Shown here: positions 25,429 to 40,155 of the stretch, in pieces
How the letters are laid out: every line of letters starts with the position of its first letter
Position numbering within the stretch: position 1 is the stretch's first letter
Translations under genes and position numbers: made by a program
Notes under the pieces: generated by a model
The model's database searches: none
What the model saw: only the letters and a program-made list of their open reading frames with translations
Told to the model about the DNA's origin: nothing
Assembly (NCBI RefSeq): GCF_001194135.2
Contig: NC_068986.1
Span: forward strand, 31,356,229 to 31,420,228
Origin: Octopus bimaculoides
Lineage: Eukaryota
DNA: 64,000 nucleotides
Reading direction: 5' to 3'

Positions 25429-26368
25429 GAAACTGCATAGAGGCCCATTGTATATATTATCATATCACTTCAAATCTGCTTTCCATGCTGAGATAGGTTG
25501 GATGATTCAACAGGATCTGATGAGTCAGAGAACTACAACTTGATCAAATGTCTCTGTTCTGGCATGGTTTTTTTTTTTTTTTTTGACTGGATGCTTTCCT
25601 AACACTAACCACTTTACAAAGTCTATGTGTGTGTTTGTGTGTGCATGCATGTATGCATGCATATGTAACTGAACAAGGAATTTATCATCTCTACTTCTTG
25701 TATGAGATTGTCTGAGCAAAAATATAAAAAAAGACGACATCCTGTTTACTTTCCCAGTGAACCTTGTATCCTGTAACTCTACACTCAGAGTAGTTGTCTA
25801 AAAACTCCCTAATTTATAAAACAGGAAAAGGTTGGTGACAGGAAAAGCATATGGCTGGCAGTACAGCAAAATGTGAAAATGAACAAACAAAATAATCTAA
25901 TTAGAAAATGATATTCATTGTAAGTATAAATTGATGAAATTATTGAAAATCTGTTTATCTATTCCAAAATTAACTTTATATATCTATATTTGTATTTTTT
26001 TTCTTTTTAATGAAGGATAATTTAATTTAATTTGATTTATTGAAATTAGAACATTTTGCTAACATTTCAATATTAACAACACCCAGTTATAACTTTCAAA
26101 CAAATCAGATTTAAAATATTATGTAATGATATCATCTTACTCTAAAAAGTCTTCTATTAAAATGTTTTCTTATACCACTAAGTAGAAATAAATCCATATC
26201 CATTAATTGCTAAAATATTTTATCTAATCCCTATTTTCAACCAGCAATTCATAAGATACAGAAACAAAATTAACTCTTTCCTTTCTTTTCTATTTCTAAT
26301 ATGAAAGAGCTGCAATGGTTGAGTGATAAAGTTGTTGACTCACATGTCATCAATTTGTTTCTAGTCAA

Positions 26369-26438
26369 TGACCTAAGAAAAAGCTTTGACCTAAGAAAAA
26401 GCTTTGACCTAAGAAAAAGCTTTGACCTAAGAAAAAGC
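26369..26438. repeat. Minisatellite, 18-bp unit TGACCTAAGAAAAAGCTT x~4
   Basis: Direct inspection. Confidence 0.9.
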
Positions 26439-26914
26439 ACTCTATACTCTCCCAGTAACCTTAGCTGAATGAAATGATTCAGCAAGAGTTTTGCAACAAA
26501 CTAATGGGATATTTACAAAAGTTTGGTAGCCTAGAGTTCTAAGAAGTTCTTTCTGTAAATTCTTAGCCCTGTTTATGCTCTACTAGTTATTAAGAGTAGA
26601 ACTATATCTAAGGGAATTGTGAAAAATCATAGAATCACTATTTCTCTCAAGATTTGCAGATAATGTATATGCATCTCTCTTTGTATATTTAAAAGTAATT
26701 CTGAACAGACATTTCTTCATAGCTAATTTTTTTTTATGTAATTAGCAGAAGTTACAAAATGACCCAAGACCTGAGAGTATTTTACATTTAGTAAGTGCCA
26801 ATGCACAATGCTCTCAGTTCCTGAGTTACATTGTAATTTCTGCCAGTTGCATAAAAAGACACATATGTATATATATATTGTATCGAATTTGTGTGAATGT
26901 GTATAGAATAATAT

Positions 26915-27366
26915 ATCAGTTGAATAAAGTTAAAACATTGTCTGGGTTTTCATGTTTTTTATTATGGTACTTTAGCAAAATTAGTGCTTTCATACATAGT
27001 GTACTCATCAGATTTCAAATGTGTTTAATTGACAGTTGAGTTCTTGACAACTTTAGTACTTCTTAGAATGCTCCAACCAGCTGAACTTTTAGAATACCTT
27101 TTTGATCAATCCACATGCTCTTAATCATCATGGTTTGCCAGGCATACCGATTTTGATGTTTAAGAGCATGTGGATTGATCAAAAAGGTATTCTAAAAATT
27201 CAGCTGGTTGGAGCATTCTAAGAAGTACTAAAGTTGTCAAGAACTCAACTGTCATTTAAATACATTTGAAATTTGATGAGTACACTATGTATGAAAGCAC
27301 TAATTTTGTTAAAATACCATAATAAAAAACATGAGAACCAGACAATGTTTTAACTTTATTCACCTG

Positions 27367-27368
<2 letters not shown>
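26915..27368. repeat. ~450-bp near-perfect palindrome (fold-back)
   Basis: 26915-27130 pairs with 27154-27368. The centre GGTTTGCC-A-GGCATACC is itself almost self-complementary. Confidence 0.92.
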
Positions 27369-27416
<48 letters not shown>

Positions 27417-30400
27417 TTTGAATTCTATTTTCTTGTTTGCATCACCAAATCTGTTCATAATAAAATATGTTGATAACAACAGCCTGATTCTTAATGACAA
27501 AAATAATCACCAGAGATTGGCTTCAAATTTTGGCACAGGGCTAGCAATTTCTTGGGTCAGTAACATCAACTCCAGTGCTCAACTGATACTTATTTTATTG
27601 ACCCCCAAAAGAATGAATGGCAAAGCCAACCTCAGTGAAATTTGAACTCAGGACATAGATATGCTGCTAAGCATTTTGCTCAGCATGTTAATGATTCTGC
27701 CAGCTCACCATCTTACAATCACCAGATTTTAAAAGAAAGAAGCTATTTCTATTTACCACTTTCCATACCTCAAATCTTCAAATCTTATTATGAAAACAGG
27801 GTGGAGAATTGGTAGAATTACCAGGGTGTCAGGAAGGAATGACTTACAGTATTTGTTCTGGTTCTGCTATGTTCTGAATTCATATCATGTTGAGGTCAAT
27901 GTTGCCTTTTGCCATCTCCAGTATTGATAAAATAAGATACCAGTCAAGTACTGGGGTCAGTTTAATAAACTAACCTCAAAACGTTTGACCTTGTGCTTAT
28001 GCAATTAATAATCATTATTAAGAAATCAGACTTATTAAAATTCTTATATTACCTATAATGTATTTGTATGTTTTTTATTAGTTTTATATAATGGACATTT
28101 CATGCCATTCATTTCAACAAATAATGCCATGTAGTATTTACTATCAGTTTTTCCTGCATTTCGTTTTATATAACAGTAAATATTGTAGAATAAATAAATT
28201 CCTAGTGAGTAACCCCACAAATAGGTATGAATATCTGGTTGCTTTACCATCAGGTTATTTAAGCTTTGATCTTATTGTGCAGCACCTTTGGCAACTGTCC
28301 TTAACTATAAGCTTCAGTTAACCAAAACTTACCAATGAATTTGGTAGACAGAAACTTTACTAAAATTCATCGTATGTGTGTGTTTGTAAGGTGCAGACAT
28401 GGGAATGGGCTATAGATGCAGGTGTGGCTATGTGGTTAAGAAACTTGCTTCCCAATCATATGGTATTGGGTTCAGTCCCACTGTACAGCACCTTGGGCAA
28501 GTGTCTTCTATAACCCCAGACTGACAAAAGCATTGTGGGTGGATTTGGTATACAGAAATTGAAAAGCCTGTTGTGTATGTGTGCTATATGGGTATGTGTA
28601 GGTGTTTCTGTGTACTTTTTGTCTTGACATCTTATGATTGTAAATGAGTATTACCATCATGCAAATGATGTTGTTCATTTCCAGTCTTCCATGACAAACA
28701 TGTCTAGTCTTGGAGAAATGTTACCTAGCTTGGAATCAAGTGAGGGCTGGCAAAAGGAAATGCATCTCAGCTGCAGAAAACCTACCTCAACAAATTCCGT
28801 CTGACTCATGCAAGCAAGGAAATATGGATAGTAAATGATGACGATGATGAAAATATATTGTGTGTATAATATTTACACTAGTGTCGTGTTGTGTTATGTC
28901 TCTTAACTTAACAGTTCAACAAATAGAAATCACTAAATTAAATACCAGACTGACATAAGTACTAGAGTCAATATGATTGACTAAACCCTTGATGGCAGTG
29001 CTCCATCATGGCTACAGTCTTATGACAGAAATGAGTAACAGCATGAAATAATAGTTCTTTCATTTCATTTAAACAGCTAATGTTCTTATATATGAGAAAA
29101 AGATCTGTGGGTGTAAATGTAAACTTCCTATGACTGGAGTACACAACCTAATTTTAATATATTTCACTCCTCTTATGTTACTATGACCTTGAACAGCTTG
29201 AACACTGTAATGTCCAATTTCTAAGTATGGTTAAGAAGTTTGCTTTGTAATTGTGTGATGTCAGGTTCAATCCCACTACTTCAGACAAGTAGCTTTCACT
29301 ATGGCCTTGGGTTGGCCAGATCCTTGTGAAATTTGGTGGACAAAAACTGGGTGAAATCCATCAGAGGAACCATTGCTGTTTATTGGGGTGGTTAATTTAA
29401 TCCGTCATTTGGTTTAATTCCACCATTTGGCTCTTGGATGCTTTTAGCACAATCTATTCTGTCAAAAATAAACACTCTAAGTCTTTGCTCTGAAGATAAC
29501 TGCCCCACCCATTTTCTTCCACTAGTCTTGAGAGGACCTGGAAAGGATCAACCCTTAATTTCTTTTTGGCTTTAAAAATTAAAATTATGCTCATGTAAGA
29601 AATTAATTTTTAAAAATTCAGGTTATATTTCAGCTTATACCTTATAATTCTACAAATCTGCATAACTTTTTATAAATCATTGGGTCGAGAATCTTTTGAC
29701 CTTTTTATCACAATCAGTTCAACTTCAAGTGGAAATGCTGCCTATTTTTAGTTATCTTGAACTTAAAGGTCAAAGAAAATGCCATTTATAAGAATTGCAT
29801 TATTTTTACCTTTTGTCTTGCACCTTTGCTATGTTTTCTCTTATATTACCAATGTTATTTTGATATTCTGGTAACTCACTTCACCATGAAAAAATTTTTG
29901 TGCTGTACTAAATCCAAAGTCACTTATATTCATTTCATATCCATTAATCAATATCTCAATGAAAAGTTATATTTATACAGGTTCATGTTTTTACTTGCCC
30001 TTTCATATTTCTTTCTCGTCTGTCTGTTTACAACTGTCTTTGTTCTATTTCTGTTTAGAAATAAACTAAGGAGTCTTCAAGTTATAGTTTTCTAGGTGCA
30101 GATATGGATGTGTGGTTAATAAGCATGTGACTCAAGGTTCAATCTCATTGTGCAGACCTTTAGGTGTGTGTGTGTGTTCTATCAAAGCTTCCTGGTTGAC
30201 AAACACTTTGAAATTTGGTAGACAAAAAGAATAACTGTACCGAAGCCCATTATTTCATACACAGTATATAACATTCATGCATACATATATACATACATAC
30301 ATACATACATAGATTAATAGTAGTAATAGTAACTTCTATGCATAATTTCATAATCAGGCAGTAAATTTATAGACTACACAGTACAAAAATAGAATAGTTC

Positions 30401-32945
30401 TATATTTAAGAGGTGAGGAATTATTTACATTATTTACAATTGATGGATATTTGTCCTCATCTTGTATGTTGTTAACACAACGTTTCGGCTGATATACCCT
30501 CCAGCCTTCATCAGGTGTCTTGGGGAAATTTTGAACTTGGGTTCTCATTCCTAAGGTATTTTTCATTGTTGTTATTATCATTATTCAGGTCACTGCCTGA
30601 ATAGTAACCTGCGCTCTTAACATTACATTCAAGCAAGAATATCATTGTTTGTGATAGACTGTTATCTGCCCCTCTCACTAATGCATATTTTTTTAATGCA
30701 AAATAAGAACAGCAATAAATTCCAGATAAACTACTATGGTTAGTGTCATCTAAAACCCTTTGAAGGTGGCTTCCCAGCATTGGCTGCTGTCCAATGACTA
30801 ACACCAGCAAAAGAAGAATAAAAAGAGTACGCAGTTTACATCATTCATCATGAGCCAATGGTGGGGCTTCTATATGGTCACTTGCTAGAAATAGCAGCTA
30901 AATTTAACCTGAATTACACCTGAATTTTAAAAGCAGGAAAAGCACATTGGACAATCTAGTACTCCCTAATATAAAAAGAAAATGTTTTTTAAATCACTAC
31001 AGAGTGATCATGGCTAGAACTATCTACGGGTTGATAGTTCAGAGCTGATCTGAAGAGAAATAACAAGAATACTAGTAGACTTGTGTGCAGTGTATAATCT
31101 ATGGATATGCTACAAATTTTAGGTTAATCAAAAAATGCCTGCCAAGATATTGCTGGAAGTTGAAGGATTTTAATGTGCCACACTGGGCTGTATATGTATT
31201 TCTTTGAAGCAAAGTGAAAGTACTGTTTTTGTAGAGGGGGGGGGGGAGAAAAATTTTTAAAAAGTTGATGGTGCATTGTAAAACTTTTAGTGCCAAAGTT
31301 GCCTTGGAGGGAAAAAGGTTGGAAATTGCTGCTTTCAGCATTCATTTCATCTGCTAGAAATGGCAGCACAATCTTCTCAAATCCCATCCCAAGGTGCAGG
31401 TGTGGCTGTGTGATTAAGAAGCTCATTTTGCAGTCACTTTGTTCTACTACATGGTACCTTGGGCACTGGGCAATTGTCTTCAACTATTGTCCTGGGCCAA
31501 CCAATGCTTTGTGAGTGAATTTGGTAGACAGAAACTGTGTGGAAGCCCATCATGTGTGTGTGTGCGTGTGTCTTTGTGTTTGTTCTTTGTGTTTGACAAC
31601 CGGTGTTAGTTTGTTTATATCTCTGTAACTTGGTTTGGAAAAAAGGTACCTATAGAATAAGTCCCAGGCTTTAAAAAAAAAAGTTCTGGAGTTGATTCAT
31701 TTGACTAAATCTCTAAAAGTAGTGCCCCAGCATGGCCACTGTCCAATGAGTGTAACAAATAATAGATAAAAGATACTCTCAAAAGAGAGAAAGAAAGAAC
31801 TCATTGGACAATATAGTTGTCCCTTACACTGAAATGAGTGAGATGTGTTTTTTATTATGGGCTGCTAAATCAAGGCTGATCTACAGCTAAATAATATCAT
31901 AATCAACTATCTCAGGCAAAAATCCATTTTAGAAGTTTGTAATTACATGATCCAAATTCCTGTACTCTTAATTATAGTCTATTTCCTTTGACATGAAATT
32001 AATTGCAGCTTCTGATAAATCTCTTATCTGAAAATCAAATGATATATAATTATATCATCATAACTCCCTTTTATTTTTAGTTTATATTATATGTCTATTT
32101 AAAGCTTTTATCTTACATGACACAAGGTGGTTAATATGATCTATCATTATATGAGAAATTCCTCACACACATAAACACAGATTTCGTTTTTGATTTTTCT
32201 CTTCTGAGATTTCCAACATATTTAACCTTTCCATTAAGAATCATTTTCTTTTCACAATATGAAAAGAAAACAGTCAATCAGACATTTTTGCAGACTGTCA
32301 TTATTGAACCTGAAAATTGAAAAAACTATTGAAAATGGGATGCATTATTGCATTGAAGCTAACATTACAATAAATCACAATAACTGAGCAATTTCTGTAT
32401 TGATACCTCAATACCAAATGTATTTGATATGGTATATGTGAAAAGAAACAAGAATATACTATGGTGATATTTGCAATACTTGATAGATATTTGACATGGG
32501 TTATCAATTCATAATCTTACAATCTTTCAATTCCTGTTTCTTTCACTTCTCTGTCTTTCTTTATCCTACTTTTATCTTTCACTTGTTTCAATCACTGGAC
32601 TGTGGCCATGCTGGGGCACACTGCCTTGAAGAGTTAGTTGAATAAATCGACCCCAGTTCTTCTTTTTTTTATTTTAACTCTGTTACTTATTCTATCAGTC
32701 TCTTTTGCAAAACTGTAAAATTACAGAGATGTAAACAAACAAATACCAGTTGTCAAGTAGTGGTGGTGGACTGAACTCAAAAGCCATGTGGTCTGGAAGC
32801 AACCTTCTTAACCATAAAGCCACATCTGCCTCCTTATTCTTTTCTCCACTCTTCTTTCTTTCATAGAAAACAGTGTGCATGTTTCAGTCTTATTAGACCC
32901 TTCAGGAAAGCATTTTCTACTTGACAAAATTTAGTAGTGATCAGC

Positions 32946-32976
<31 letters not shown>

Positions 32977-33792
32977 GAGAGAGAAATAGGGGGAATGAAG
33001 TGAATTTGATTATGTATATCAACAATATGGTTGAGGAAAGTACCTCAAAGGAGTGTTCTGCATACTAAATACACATATGATAAAAAGCCCCTATATGCAA
33101 TGCAAATAAATGTATTCTACTGTAGGTACCATCTGAGAAATCGTTACCTATTTCTCTTATTAAAAGTCTGGTATTGTATATACATGAACATGCATTGTTC
33201 ATAACCAGTTGTCTTAGATTTGGGTCAGACGATCAAAAAGGTTTCTTACAGGTCATTTCAGTACTATTCCCAATGGCTAGAACAAGAAAACTAAAGAAAA
33301 CAACGATTCATTTTGACCACTCCTATTCCTTTACTTATGCAAAACCCAACTTCAAACCCACCAAAAACAGTTACAGGATGCAGATCCAGCTTATGCCTTT
33401 TTAATTGTGTTCTTTCCTGTGATCAGTAAATAATTCTTTACAATTTCCTCTATCTTACATGAAATGAGATTGTTCATGAGAAAAAGAGTCTTAAAACATA
33501 AGAGAAGCCTGTTATTACTCGAAATAGAAGATGAAAGGTTTGTTTCTAAAAATTATATCCTAGAGACTATAAGATCTGAAATGCATAAGGCCTGAAATTA
33601 AGCTTTTAGCTTATCTTTGTCTTACTTGGAACTTAGTAACAAATGTCATTCTAAGCTTTTAGTTTATCTTACTTGGGTCTTAGTGACAAGTGTCATACAG
33701 TTAAAGGGTGCAGACATTGTTACGTGTTTAAGAAGTTTGCTTTGAGAGTAAATGATATTGTGTAACATTCTGAGAGAGTGATGACAAATGTT

Positions 33793-33836
<44 letters not shown>

Positions 33837-34509
33837 AGAGAGAGAGAGAGAGAGTATATTTATCTTATTTCTAAAGTTATTGAGAAAGGATAATTGAGAG
33901 GATATTATAAAATGAGATTTGATTTTAAAGAATAAAAAAAAAATTCCTCTATCTCAGAATGTTTCATTCCTTCAATGTAAAGCTTAACATGATTAAGTCT
34001 AGGTCTGGAATAGAAATGTCTAAATCATCTGTGTCAATTTAGTATCTAGGAAAGAACTTAACTCTGAATTGTCATTGTTCACCAGTTTAACATTACTAAG
34101 TGGTCCTCCTGTATTTTTAATAGAGTCCATTGTTGCAAGCATTTGTGCCATGTCTTCAAGTCTAATTCATTGTTTATGTATGGCTTATTTTCTACTGCAG
34201 AAACCCATGAGTCATCACTTCTGCTGCCCTTCCCCCCGAGCATTACCAATCTCATAGACCTTGCAAATGTTATTGGCACTATCCTTCCTACTCTGACTAA
34301 GCAGTAAAAAAGAAGAAAAATAACATGATCAAGCAAAAGGTGCAGTAGAATGTCTGGTTGATCAGTGGGGAGCCAAAGTTTTATGTGTCCCCCAATGCTG
34401 GCAATTTAAGATTGTGGAATAGCTGTACAAGGTGGTTTTGTTGTTGATCTAAATTGACTCAGTATGTCATTTTAGATATGCCAAAGCTACTTTCATTTCT
34501 ATATGTAGG

Positions 34510-34629
34510 ATGCTTACAGCACCTAGGTTTCCCAAGCAGTTACCCATCTAAGTACTCACTAGGCTCCATGTTGCTTAACTTCGGTGATCAGATGAAAACC
34601 GGTGCTCTCAGCGTGATTTACAGTCAAGT
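34510..34629 (-). pseudogene. 5S rRNA pseudogene (or 5S-derived element head)
   Basis: The reverse complement reads ...ATCACGCTGAGAGCACCGGTTTTCATCTGATCACCGAAGTTAAGCAACATGGAGCCTAGTGAGTACTTAGATGGGTAACTGCTTGGGAAACCTAGGTGCTGTAAGCAT, colinear with animal 5S rRNA over ~120 nt. It shows CpG-decay substitutions, has no oligo-T terminator directly downstream, and is a single copy here. Confidence 0.85.
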
Positions 34630-36129
34630 TCTTTCTAATACTCAATAAAATTTAGGAATGAGATCTATTGTATACTGCAATGTTTATCAATGCTTGAGTA
34701 TTCACTTTCAAAACTTGTTCAGTTAGTTATTTACCAGCTCTGTTTGTTATGACTTATATATATATACATTTATACATTAGTAAGCATAAGCTTATAATCT
34801 GTTTAGTTTGTCTTGTAGGGGAAATATGACATTTGCATACTATTCTTATGACAATGGTTCCATTATTTATAAATTGTGGAAAATCTGAATTATTTTTTTC
34901 TTCAACCATTTTGCTGGTATCTTTTAGCAAGTGCAGTGTCGTTTTTGTATTTGGAAAGATCTTTCTTTCATTTCAGCTGCCTGATAACAATATGAAGAAT
35001 TTCTGATATTATTTTTCAACCAGCCTTTTTTAATGCCCTCAATGTTTTATTATTATTATTATTTTCACATTGGCAATTTTAAAACTTTCTTTTATGCAAC
35101 TGTTTCATTTATGATATTTAAGTGGTTTTTATAGACAACGTAAATATCACACAAGAAATCTTAGAAACTATTCTCTTTAGTTTTGTTCTTTACATATTTT
35201 TTTCTTTTTTTAGTCCAGTTAAATTTTTTTAAATTACTGCATTTTCTCGTGTAATTTAGGATCTTTGATTTAGATTTTCTTTCTTTCGAAACAAATATCC
35301 TGCATGATTTTGCAGATGAGATGAAAGATTGAATTATATATATAATTTTTTGCTGCATTCAATTTTATTGATATTTTCGAAAGTTGGATAATCATGTTTT
35401 AGCTGCATTTTAAAAGAGTTTATTTAATCCTTTGAGATTTCTTAATATAGAATAGTTTTCATTCTTCTCTCTTTGGAATTTAGTTATGTTGTAAATTATA
35501 CTGTTTGTAGCCAGTGTAAATTTTTAGAAACTTTTAACTTTATGTTCAGCATAATGATTTTTAACCCTTTTCAATCCATGACACATTGAGTTAAAAGTGT
35601 TATAGCATACCATCAGCTTTTAAAAAGATTCATTATCTAGAGAAAAAAAAAATTTGAACAGAGATGAGTACATATGTTGTACTTTCTTGCAAAAGAAATT
35701 CTCTTCAAAAACACTTGACTTTTCTAAATATATTAGTATTTTTCAACTTGTGGCACATCTGCACAAGTGTACTCTGATACAGTGATTAAACATGTCTTTT
35801 CTGTATTTTAAATATATTAGCTTGTTTGTTCAGTATCCATCTTCCAAGTATGGATTTGGACATCCTCTTATCAACACTTACCTGTTTTCACGCAGCAGAA
35901 TTCTTATACCAGATGATTTTGAAACCACAGAGAAACTGGTCATGATGCCAATAAGGAATGCTAATATCATCACTGTCTCACTCAACCAGTGAAAGCATAA
36001 ACATACACACATACATACACACACACACACACACATTAAATGATCAACGCTTTTTTTATACAGCTCTCCTCATTTATATGCTTTACGTCTTCTTCCTTGC
36101 ACACAGTTAATTCCTCTTACACTCAGGTT

Positions 36130-37270
36130 TTCTCTTAACACATTTGTTGTTTATGCTCTTAAATTGCATGCCCAATGGAGCATGCTAGTTTTATTTTTGT
36201 TTCCAGTCTTCTCAAGTACTCTGCATTTAAGGCAAAGGGCATGTTTCACTACCATGCAATGTTGCAGTTTTAACACAAGTATAGTACAATCTACCTTTTG
36301 CTTTGAAGGAAAAGACCTTTGATACTGGCTGCAATAGAAGCAACCTGAATTTTTTCCAACATGCTCTTACCCTAGATATTATACATTCAGAGCAACCTCC
36401 TACACTGCCAATTGCATCTCTTAGGCAACAAAAGCTATTGACTGCTTCAAGTGAGATTTCAGCTGTCTCTTATAATGGAACATACCATGCTTTTGTTTTC
36501 CATGTCAATGATGAGTGTGCTTTCATCATTTTGAATACACTTCTCACCAATGATGTCCTAGTTCTCCCTCACTCACAGTCTTGCAATTTTGAATACTTCA
36601 TGTCTTTGATCTCATTTTTTCTGCCTCATTCTTAGCCAAGTACACCTGCTGCTTAGCTATTCTTCTATCCATTTGATAATGCTCCCTACTTCTGCTTTCC
36701 TTCCTAGTTTCCTAAGCCTGTCTTTTATCCCCTGCTGCCCTATCAACTGTGTCATTTCACCATCATGTCATTTTAATTTGGCTAGGACTTTGTACCTCTT
36801 AGCAGGTCATTTCATGGAAATTACAAGTAACTTATGCTACAGACACTTAAATCTTTCTCCCTAAAGTTCTATGCATCAATTAGAATTTTGCTAACCCTAT
36901 TCCCAAGTGGGAGATCTTTTAGCTTTCATTTCTTCCTTCTCCATATCATCTGATTCTGTGTCTGCCTAGCTCTGACTTTGAAATCGCTATTAACTAATCT
37001 ATGTTGTGTTGTGCATTCTGTTTTGAGGTGTATAAAAGCTCTTCTGTTCTATTTCCATGTGAGAATGTAATCTATCTGACTTGTGTGTTCACCAGTTGGC
37101 AGGTGACGAAGTGGCTGGTTTCTTAAAGTGTGTTAGATCAGCTGCATCATATCTTGCACCTTCTTCATTTCTTGAAACAAAACCATAGCCTCCATGTATT
37201 TCAGAAAAGCCATCATTGTGTTGGCCAACATGTCTGTTGAAGTTGCCTGCCACAGTAATGAAGTTACTGT
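36130..37270 (-). mobile_element. Decayed, internally deleted RTE LINE (endonuclease + linker + RT C-terminal remnants)
   Basis: FITVAGNFNRHVGQHNDGFSEIHGGYGFVSRNEEG (APE endonuclease, ~37270-37160), YQMDRRIAKQQVYLAKNEAEK (~36680-36610), LEAVNSFCCLRDAIGSVGGCSECIISRVRACWKKF...KGRLYYTCVKTATLHGSET (~36460-36240). Confidence 0.75.
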
Positions 37271-37454
37271 CATTTACTATTGAGATAGTTTACAAGATCT
37301 CATAGAAACCGCTCTTCTGTTTTTGTCAAACTTGCCTTTTGAACATGTGCAGAAATAAATGTTACTGTTGTGTTGCCTACAACAAGTCTCATCTTAATTA
37401 TCTTATCACATACCCTGACTACCTTTATCTATCTGTCTATTTATCTATTTATTC

Positions 37455-37514
37455 ATCTCTCTCTCTCTCCCTTTCTATACACACTCTCTCTCTCTCTCTC
37501 TCTGTCTTTCTCTT

Positions 37515-37555
<41 letters not shown>

Positions 37556-37693
37556 GTCTTTCTCTTTCTCTCTCTCTGTCTTTCTCTCTCTCTGTCTTTC
37601 TCTTTCTCTCTCTCTGTCTTTCTCTCTCTCTGTCTTTCTCTTTCTCTCTCTCTGTCTTTCTCTTTCTCTCTCTCTGTCTTTCTCTTTCTCTCT
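37455..37693. repeat. Compound (CT)n microsatellite with recurring CTCTGTCTTT interruptions
   Basis: Direct inspection. Confidence 0.9.
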
Positions 37694-39769
37694 AGAAAGC
37701 AATAGTGTAGTTTACTGGTAGAATACTGAAGTGTGTTGAAGCAGATCGATAGGAACCACTGTTGGGATTCACAATACTGAGTTCATATTTTTCTAACTTT
37801 AATTCTTTCATACTTTTAGAATAGTTGTTTCAACTGATTTTTGTTATTTTATAATTCTTGTATTTTCAAAGCTGATTGGTGGATTGTTTGTCTTTTGGAA
37901 CAACTTATTTTACACTGATTCCCCATTCTGGAGTTAATCCTTTAATTGGGATTATTTAACATGATATTATATTTGAAATTCAAAAATTAAATCCACCCCA
38001 ACCCCTTTTCACTTTGTCACATTTCTTTCAGTGGAATAGAATAATATGCTGGTCTCAGCGTTTTCTCAATGTTTTAGCCTAAGCAGTTTGATTTTAATGT
38101 AGACGTATTATTTCAAGATGTAGAACTTACTAAACCTGGCACCATTTCAAAGATCATGCGATTTCTTTAGGAGAAGTGTACTTACTTCATTGTCTAATCA
38201 TTAAAATAATAATGAATTTCTTATGTAGGGTACTCAGGTACATTAGAACTCACCAGAAAAAAGTAAAAGAGGAGACAAAAAAAAAATTACACAAACAGCA
38301 GTAAGACAAGCAAAGAAAGACATAATGATGGCCAAAAGATTTATTATGCAAAGTATACTGAATAATACACAATGGTATGAAAATGTGGACAGTAATAAGC
38401 CATCAGAAAGAAAAGAATGTGTAAGCAGGTTAAAAGTAGTGTTGATTGATTGCCGGAAGCATGGGATTATTGAAGCATGCAGTGCCTTGACAGTTAACAA
38501 TTAATGTGGATAGTTTATTTCATACTTTAACAATTTTGAGTGTAAAAAAAACTGTTTCTTAATGTCAAGAGTATTGCAATGCATTTTATTTTATAATTAT
38601 TGCCATTGATGGTTGAGATATTGAATTCAGAAAGATGGCTAAAGTTGTTGGTAGAGATCTGCTGGATAATTTTGTGTGCCTCTTCTAAATTAGCTGTTGA
38701 AGTTTTAGTGTGTTAATGTTTTTTTGTTTTTTTTTAAATATATGTTATGGTTTAGTTAGAGGAGGAAGGGCAGTGTGCATGACCTTTTTACTGGGTCTCC
38801 GAGTCTGAGAAGGAAAGGCAATCTAAAACCATAACTTCTGGAAGCAGTGCATCAAGATATTGAGTTATCCTTAGCCCAGAAGCTTGGAAGGAATGCATGC
38901 AACAGTAGACTCCACTAAAGGCACACAAGAGTCATGTGGTAGTTTTAATCTTGGGTACAGTTGCACTAACAACACAGAACTGACTTCCTTCGTTAGCTTA
39001 AATCAACTATGTCGATGCTACGGATGTGGTTGATCTTAGATCATATACATTATTTAAAATTCATTTTAATAACATTGTTATATTAAGTGTTAAGCTTGAA
39101 ATCTAAAAGCAGTGTTACCTTTCTTCCTCGTACGTTTTACTCGCATTTAAAGAAACATATTGTTTTTCATTCTTTGTTTATTTTATTTAATAACTTGATT
39201 TTACTTTTGATATAAAAGTACATCTCTTCCATATGGTTCTGCATCTGGAATAGATATAATTATTTTTCTTTATTCCTTTACCATAGTATTGTTATAATTT
39301 TTTGAGGATGCTTGTTCTGTATCTTCTTTCATATCAACCATTTTATTTTTTATTTTAAATAAATATAATCTTCCTGTGTGACATTTCACACTCCAACTGA
39401 CACATACAGTAAGTAGCATGAAAGTTTGTGCATCTGTGTATATATATGAGAGAGAAGGGGGGAGTGAAAGAGTGATGGGGGAGTAAAAAGTCACATCATG
39501 TATCTTGTAATTGTTTTAGTTGAATTGTCTCAGTTGTTTATCAAGGTTTTTTTTTTTAATTCTTGCTATCTATTTGGTAAATATTCTAAAAGAATGAGAA
39601 AGGAAGATAAATGTAAACATATAATGTGTGAGGCAGGATACAGATGAAATATGTCAAGAAGTTGATTCGATTGCCTCTTTAGAAAGGTTAGGAATAGGTT
39701 AAATATTTTTACATGTCAAAATAAAAATGTGAGGTGGGAAAATGACTTCAAGAAAATATTATAAGCAGG

Positions 39770-40155
39770 GGTGGCTGTGTGTTAAGTAGCTTGCTTACCA
39801 ACCACATGGTTCTGGGTTCAGTCCCACTGCATGGCACCTTAGGCAAGTGTCTTCTACTATAGCCTCGGGCCAACCAAAGCCTTGTGAGTGGATTTGGTAG
39901 ACGGAAACTGAAAGAAGCCCGTCATATATATGTATATACATATATGTATGTGTTTTGTGTGTCTGTGTTTGTCACCCCAACATCGCTTAACAACCGATGT
40001 TGGTGTGTTTACGTCCCTGTAACTTAGCGGTTCGGCAGAAAGAAACCGATAGAATAAGTACTAGGCTTACAAAGAATAAGTCCTGGGGTCGATTTGCGCT
40101 CGACTAAAGGCAGTGCTCCAGCATGACCACAGTCAAAAATGACTGAAATGAGTAA
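39770..40155 (+). mobile_element. SINE family A copy
   Basis: Same head, internal microsatellite and tail as 16167-16545. Confidence 0.85.
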
